64,000 nt of DNA from positions 30,520,628 through 30,584,627 of the forward strand of contig OZ037767.1 in NCBI GenBank assembly GCA_964035545.1, read 5' to 3'. The notes beneath the pieces are model-generated. The model had not been told where the DNA came from. It ran no database searches and saw nothing but the letters and a program-made list of their open reading frames with translations. Each line of letters starts with the position of its first letter. Position 1 is the first letter of the stretch. Positions 52,624-64,000 of the stretch are shown piece by piece. The position numbers were made by a program, and so were the translations under genes. This DNA comes from Bugula neritina (taxonomy: Eukaryota; Animalia; Bryozoa).

Positions 52624-53974
52624 GAAGTAAAATGTTGATTTGGTATTCGTGTAACAGAAATAGACAAGAATTCCTACAAACATTAACCAGAATGAGAATA
52701 GCTCAAGTGTGCCGATAAAGTAAAGCATATAAGCCTTGCCAACAGTGTTTAGAAGTACTGATGGTATGCAATCAACAATCTAAAGCTTGTCAGTATGATA
52801 GCTTAGTCAGCATGTATAAGACCATTGATTAACTAAAGAATAAGCAGAATTGTCAACATGCCAGTAAATTTACATTTAAACTGAAAAAACTCAGTTTAGA
52901 ACTAAAAAATATCCCCATGTTCAGCTTCATGTTAGCACAGACTGACAGTTACTAGCTGATTGAAATGAATGCCTTTACTTTTAGATTCTATGTGGCCATC
53001 GAGCTCGTGCTCAACAAGTGGTTAAATAACTGACCAAGCACAAAAAAAGATAGTCATAGTAAAAATATTAATAATGCTTACTCTAAATCTAATTCAATAT
53101 CATACTCGTACTAATATTCATATTGGTATTCATACTCATTCAGTCATTATCATTATGATGGTCTGTTGAAGTATTTACATGGTTAGGTTGAGAATGAAAT
53201 CCAACTTTAAAAGCAAGACTTAGACTTAGAGTAAACGCATATCACAATCACAAACTATAGTATAAAGTAAAAATTGAGCCAGGTATTGTTTATTTTAGCA
53301 TTACACTTTTACAGTCACAGTTTGAGTTCATACTACACTTGAAGTGAATAAGTATAACAGCAACGTCTAACACTAACACAGTAACAACTTCATAAAAAAA
53401 CTTAAATTGAAAATCACACATACAAATTAAAATAACAAACTATAACTCATTAAATTTAATAGTAATTACTAAAAATATAAGTATAGGTATAATTTTCATT
53501 ATCACTAATACTTTAATAGTAATAGTGTGATAAACTTGTGGGTACTGAATGCAACTAGTGCTTGAAAATGCTCTTTGTAAGAGAGAACAAGGTTTGAAGT
53601 AGTGTAGATGATAGCAATCTTTATTGAAGAGTATAAAATCTGCTCCTTTTCAAGCGAGCTCCAGTAGTAGACTGAACTACACTGGAACTCGCTGGCTTTT
53701 ATATACAGAGAACAAAGAAAGATTCCTTTGTTGCCAATCGGGCAACGTTAGTAAAAGAAAAGCAACATTAGTAAAAGAAATATTACATAACTTCAGAATG
53801 CGTATTCCGTGCAATTACATTATGCTGAAAGCTTTAACAACAATCATAAGACTTAGGCATTAGAAAGCTACCTCACTTAGTTATAATTACAGCATTCAAA
53901 ATGATACGCAATAAGTAATTATAATACTGATGCACACAGTTACTTCAGAACAAATAGAGGATGAAAATCCATTA

Positions 53975-54225
53975 CAATAGCATTATGATTACTATTAGTA
54001 TTAGTATTACTCATACTGTCAGTGTCTTCTATCAGTATAACTATCAATATGAATATCAGTATCAGACTATGACTAAGACTATCACTATCAGTAAAGAGTA
54101 TGAGTATCACTATCATCATCATTATCATTATGACTTTGAGTATCAGTATGACTATCACTATGAAGTGACTATCTCTATGACTATCACTATGAGTATGACT
54201 ATGAGACTGAGTATGAGCATCAGTT
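53975..54225. repeat. Degenerate hexamer-period low-complexity tract (tatcac/tatgag/tatgac)
   Basis: Direct inspection. A similar tract lies at 17823-17880. Confidence 0.75.
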
Positions 54226-57200
54226 TAGCTTCAAGTACATCGGTGGATAATCATTATGATTATGTCCAACTCTATAAATTGTGATTTAATTTGAATAATA
54301 ATTGTTGATAATAATTACTAATATTATTAATAATTATTATTAATATTATTATTATAATATAAATATCAACAATAAATTTAATCATCGAACCCCAGGCAAT
54401 AATTATTTTCAAGAAAAACCTGTCTAGAAACAATTTACTGAAGTTGAATTATCTTGACCATTAAAATAAAATAAATATACATTGATAAAATTTCATTTTA
54501 ATAATCTTGACCATAATGATAATGAGATAGTCACTTTATAGTTTAAAAAATATTGAAACTGAAAGGCTCAATTTGATAAACGAGAACAAAAACGGAAATG
54601 GCAAGTAAGCCCTATTTTCTTAAAAAGAATTATTTAGGTTCAATGGTTAGGTTGTGTGTCAGATTTGCTTCAAATCAATTCTTGGAGCTCAATGCTGCTA
54701 TGTATTATATAACTAACCATACTATAGCCAACGAGGACAATTTTTTCTTTTTTCTTAAATGAATACGTATGCTCAAACTGTCCAAATTCAAAGTCGATCA
54801 TCATTGACTTAGAATTAGTAGTACCATATCATTCTTATAATATTTATAATTATAGCATTGTCATTATGATTAGTAGCTCTAAATTAAAATGCAATTATTT
54901 AATAAGTGACGAATAATAATTTCATTTTATAATAATTATCAACAGTAAACTAAAAGTAAAACAGTTTGAGAATGAGTTAGTGTTACACTTTGACTTAGTC
55001 TTACAGTTACACAGTTACAACTACAAGTTACAGCACTATAACTATTGCTTTATTAGTATTACTTATTAGTATTACTGTTAATATTAGAGTATTACTATTT
55101 ATTATTATTAGTATTCCTATTAATTAATGAGACTGCATTAGACATAGTGATAGTGTAACAATAATAAATTAATATTACTTTTTCAGTTTTTGTAATGTTA
55201 ACCTACCAGGCTAAGCTCCAGAGACAGAGTGTTTTGTGTTGGCGTTCGTTCGGCTATCATTTGTCAGTAGCTTTAGTACCTGCTACTTGTAGCTTGTCAA
55301 CATCAGATCATCCTACACTTTTATGATAATCTTTGAATTAGAATGCCTTTGAGGATATCGAACACTCCAAAACACTGGAATCTGGAGGTTATAGAAACCG
55401 AAGTGCCTCATAGTCATTGACATTTTGTTTACAGTAACAGTGTGAAATTTTGTTTGAATACAGTTTCAGTTTGAGTATGAGGTTAGCGGATAGGTATTGT
55501 AATTGTGTTTAATTTATTTATATGCGTCCTCTGGTTATACTAGTTAATTGGCATTTCGATATGATGATTTACACTTACAGATGTTAGCTCTCTGTGAGCA
55601 GCAGACCTAAAGCTAATGGTTATGAACATATTTTGGCGATCCCTTATGATTTCATTGTATGCTATTAAAACCCCAAGTGCTGAGTGTTCCTCCTGCAGGG
55701 TTTTCATGAGACAATTTAGTCGATAAATCTTGCACCTCTGTTTGCGAGGCTACAGACAAGTTGAGATCATGCCTCAGTGATACTTCCAGGTTTCTCGTCC
55801 CCTTATTCCAGCAATAAATCAAGCAATCCTGTGATGTATTGTTTCTGGCTAATGTTGGACCGATACAGTGTCTGCATTGTTGTTGAATCACTAACAGTTA
55901 CCTTAAATGTTTCAGTCTTATAGGCTGTAGACTTATTTAATGTAATAATTATTGTTAAGGTCAGCTTTGTACATGGTGATAATCATGATGATGATGAACA
56001 GACATCTCATAGGTCTTACTTATTATTACCATGTAGTTATTTTCAGGTGCTTAACTTATGTAAATCAAAATGTTTATAATTGCAGTGTAAATTATTTAAC
56101 ACCTCATTATTATGTTTATAATAATAATTGTCTCTATCATTATGCAACGGTTTACTTAGTGTACAACTGTAAGTGCTGCCCGTGTCATCTAAATATTTCC
56201 CAGTGCATACAGTACAATAGAATTGATTACCTGTAATTACTGCAGTTGCTCAACTATTTATCTCAACTTGGAGTGGATGTCACACCTGCCCCTCCTTACA
56301 GACAAAGAACCTCTAGCTATTTATATGGCTGTGTATTATGTAGTAGTAAGCATTCTACTGATGTATTTTGTACTGGAAACTATTCTACAATAAAGATCTA
56401 TCTGGACTGAAGCAAACTATACAGACTACTAGCATTCTTTTCTCAATGAGTGGGTTAAAGTCTCAACAGCAGAACTGCTTATTATTTAGAATTTTGGTTA
56501 TTAATATTTATTTTTAATTTTAATCATCTTAATCTAGTACTTAACATATGTGGTATAGTAATGAATACATGACCTAAATTTCAATAAAGTAAAAATTCAA
56601 CTTACGTATCAACTTCTGCATTTATTTGCAATAGTCTGTAACAGTATCATAATTATTTATTCAAGATATCTGTGAAATATCAAATTATTGATTATGGGCA
56701 ATTTTTTATTTTAAATTTGTTTATTATCAAGAAGGTAAAAGTATTAGTAATTTAGGAATTATATTATCTATAGTCTATACATATGCGGATTAGATGACAG
56801 GGCGAGTGTTTTGTTTTCCCTCCACCCTATCACTCAACCCAATCTAATCTCTCATGACATTTCTTGTCATTCACTTTAACATACCCTTTTTCTCTTGGCC
56901 TGAGGTTATTGTAGCATCGTTACGTTTTTATACTAAAATATACCCACAAGTTAAACTGTGTGAAAAATATTGTGCACCGATTCATTTTTCTTATGCTGAA
57001 CAAAAACCTATCAACATTGTATATTCAATAACTCTGACTTCTTCAATTTAAATTTTGTTTGTTTTAAAAACATGTTTTTTAAGGTTTAAAGGGCTGTCAT
57101 AATTTTGAATAATGTTTGATTATAATTATGGTGATGGGTGGGCTTTTTACTAAGATTTAAGGCTAAAAAAGAAATCTGTTTAAGTCTCTCTACACTATGC

Positions 57201-57585
57201 TAGGCTGCAGACAGTAAATGTTGGTTATGCAGGAAGATCTTAGCTTAAATATAAAATGAAATATTTTCTAACTTTAATCAACTGGTTTTCTGATTAGGAG
57301 ACATAAACAAATTATGTAATATTTCTAGATGCTGTGTACTCTGTGAGATAAATATTTGTGCAGATATTAGTGTGTGGTATATTTGGTGAACTCTGTTGAT
57401 AATATAATATATTACCACTTAGCTTGTGTGGTTGAACACTTGCAAAGTATATCTAACTTAATAAATGTACTTCACTGTTTCATTGGACATTTATAATTAG
57501 CTCTACGAATTAAAAGTTAGTTTCTTTTTTATTATCAAGTATGAGCACCCTGCACCAAACCTTCGCAGTGACTTTTTCTCTTATA

Positions 57586-57801
57586 AAAAACTCACGCAAG
57601 TTTATAGTCGCTATCCCTGTGAGAAACCTCTGATGGTAAGGGTTTTTGCTAGAACGGGCTAAGGACTTGTTTAAATGAGGCACAGGAGCAATTATGACTG
57701 GATGCTCTTCCTAACATCACCAATGGCCTTTGTCGGGGTTCAAACCCACAACTTCGTGTTCACAAAGCAAACGCTTTAACCCCTAGACCATGGCTGCTCC
57801 C
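57586..57801 (-). mobile_element. Full-length tRNA-derived SINE (Meta/MESC-domain-like core) with perfect 17-bp TSD
   Basis: The minus strand reads ggagcagccatggtctaggggttaaagcg...gggtttgaacccc...gatgttaggaagagcatccagtcataattgctcc. TSD tgactttttctcttata at 57569-57585 and 57803-57819. Confidence 0.92.
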
Positions 57802-58309
57802 TTGACTTTTTCTCTTATACTATATTTAAATTCATTTCAGTTAAAATATTTTTTTCCATCTAAATTATCTTTTTCCCTTCAATTTAATTTTATCTTCAAA
57901 GCTCTTATGGTATTATTTAAGATCTTATCATAAACTTAGTCTACAGTTGAAGTTCTATGCTTTCTACAATTCATTTGAGAACTCCCTGAACATATTTACA
58001 TTCAGAAGCTGATACAACGGTAATATTCATAAATAATAAATAATAAATACCATTATTGTTATATTTGTTGTCTTTTGTTATCTTGCAAATGTATAATATT
58101 TTAGTTTTATGGTGCTAAAAATGCCTATACACTGTTCGCTAATATTAGCCTTGGTTGAGTCATACATCTCAAATAAATCTCATTTAGGGTGACACAGCCT
58201 GTGTCCCGACCCATCAGCTCTGTGAGTAGTTATCTGATATGTGAATTATTGAGTGTGATTTTCTCTTGTAGATTACCAGATACTAACCGGCCATTCCCTA
58301 AAAACCACC

Positions 58310-63337
<5,028 letters not shown>

Positions 63338-63345
<8 letters not shown>

Positions 63346-63536
63346 GTAACTCCAGTGATATCTCTGTGTAGTGTATATATATATAGAGCAGGTAACTCCA
63401 GTGATATCTCTGTGTAGTGTATATATATAGAGCAGGTAACTCCAGTGATATCTCTGTGTAGTGTATATATATATAGAGCAGGTAACTCCAGTGTTATCTC
63501 TGTGTATAGTGTATATAGAGCAGGTAACTCCAGTGC
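63338..63536 (+). repeat. Tandem duplication of exon end plus donor, 42-46 bp x5
   Basis: Unit tagagcag|gtaactccagtgatatctctgtgtagtgtatata(ta)n. GT at 63346, 63392, 63436, 63482 and 63524. Confidence 0.96.
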
Positions 63537-64000
63537 TATATAGTCTTATAAAATATGCTTTTCTATTTCGAAAATGCAAGAATAACATAGTTTCTTAATT
63601 CTGTTGATAATTTTGTAGCACTTTGTTATGGTTGAATAATCAGTGTGAAAATAGTGCTGATGATAACCAAATAACTACAGTAGACCAACTTATTTAGAAA
63701 TACAAGCTACACTCCATAGGAGTTGTAAATACAGAAGTTCACGAATATCATTGTTATGACAAACGGTGTCACTTAGAACCTGTTGGCGGTTCCTTTCATC
63801 TATAGTCGTGTTTCTGTACTCCTCCCCTCTGTCAAGTAGTTTACCTGAACTATATGTGGCCACTAGCCTGTCTTAAGGGTAACTGTCGCTCAGTCACAGC
63901 TAAAACATGCCAGTCTAGGTTTTATTGTTTTTTTTTACAAATGGTGATAAATTTTTCATTACTGATGTATATTTGGCAATAGAAATAAATAACCATAATC

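Noticed and set aside
53553-53711. Possible Helitron-like fragment (minus strand TC...CTAG)
   Set aside because: There is no subterminal hairpin, no A|T insertion context and no second copy in the window.

Overview
AT-rich, intron-rich invertebrate (metazoan) genomic DNA; taxon not determined. By tracing GT-AG exons in frame I can build nine protein-coding models: a calponin/transgelin (myophilin/MP20-type) gene lacking its first exon (+); a 446-aa signal-peptide, Cys-rich, mucin-stalk, WAP-domain, probably GPI-anchored protein (-); a peripherin-2/ROM1-type tetraspanin with a long polyproline tail (+); TMEM201/Samp1 (+); a 199-aa orphan with two PP1-docking RVxF motifs (-); a single-pass membrane protein with about 11 MQGGPMGG repeats (-); an orphan exon set that may be an N-terminal extension of the next gene (+); a doublecortin-domain EMAP (DCX-EMAP/EML, +); SYF2 (-). 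A tenth, a GH47 alpha-1,2-mannosidase (+), runs off the right edge. Mobile DNA includes three tRNA-headed SINEs, a truncated retro-tail with a 17-bp TSD, a TTAA-flanked Kolobok-like element and a long-TIR MITE. The most striking unexplained pattern is that locus-specific minisatellites sit on intron edges. At least seven arrays are tandem copies of the exon end plus its 5' splice site (5 of the 10 visible mannosidase donors), and others duplicate the branch-point/acceptor region. All gene models are hand-built from sequence alone, without RNA or database evidence.
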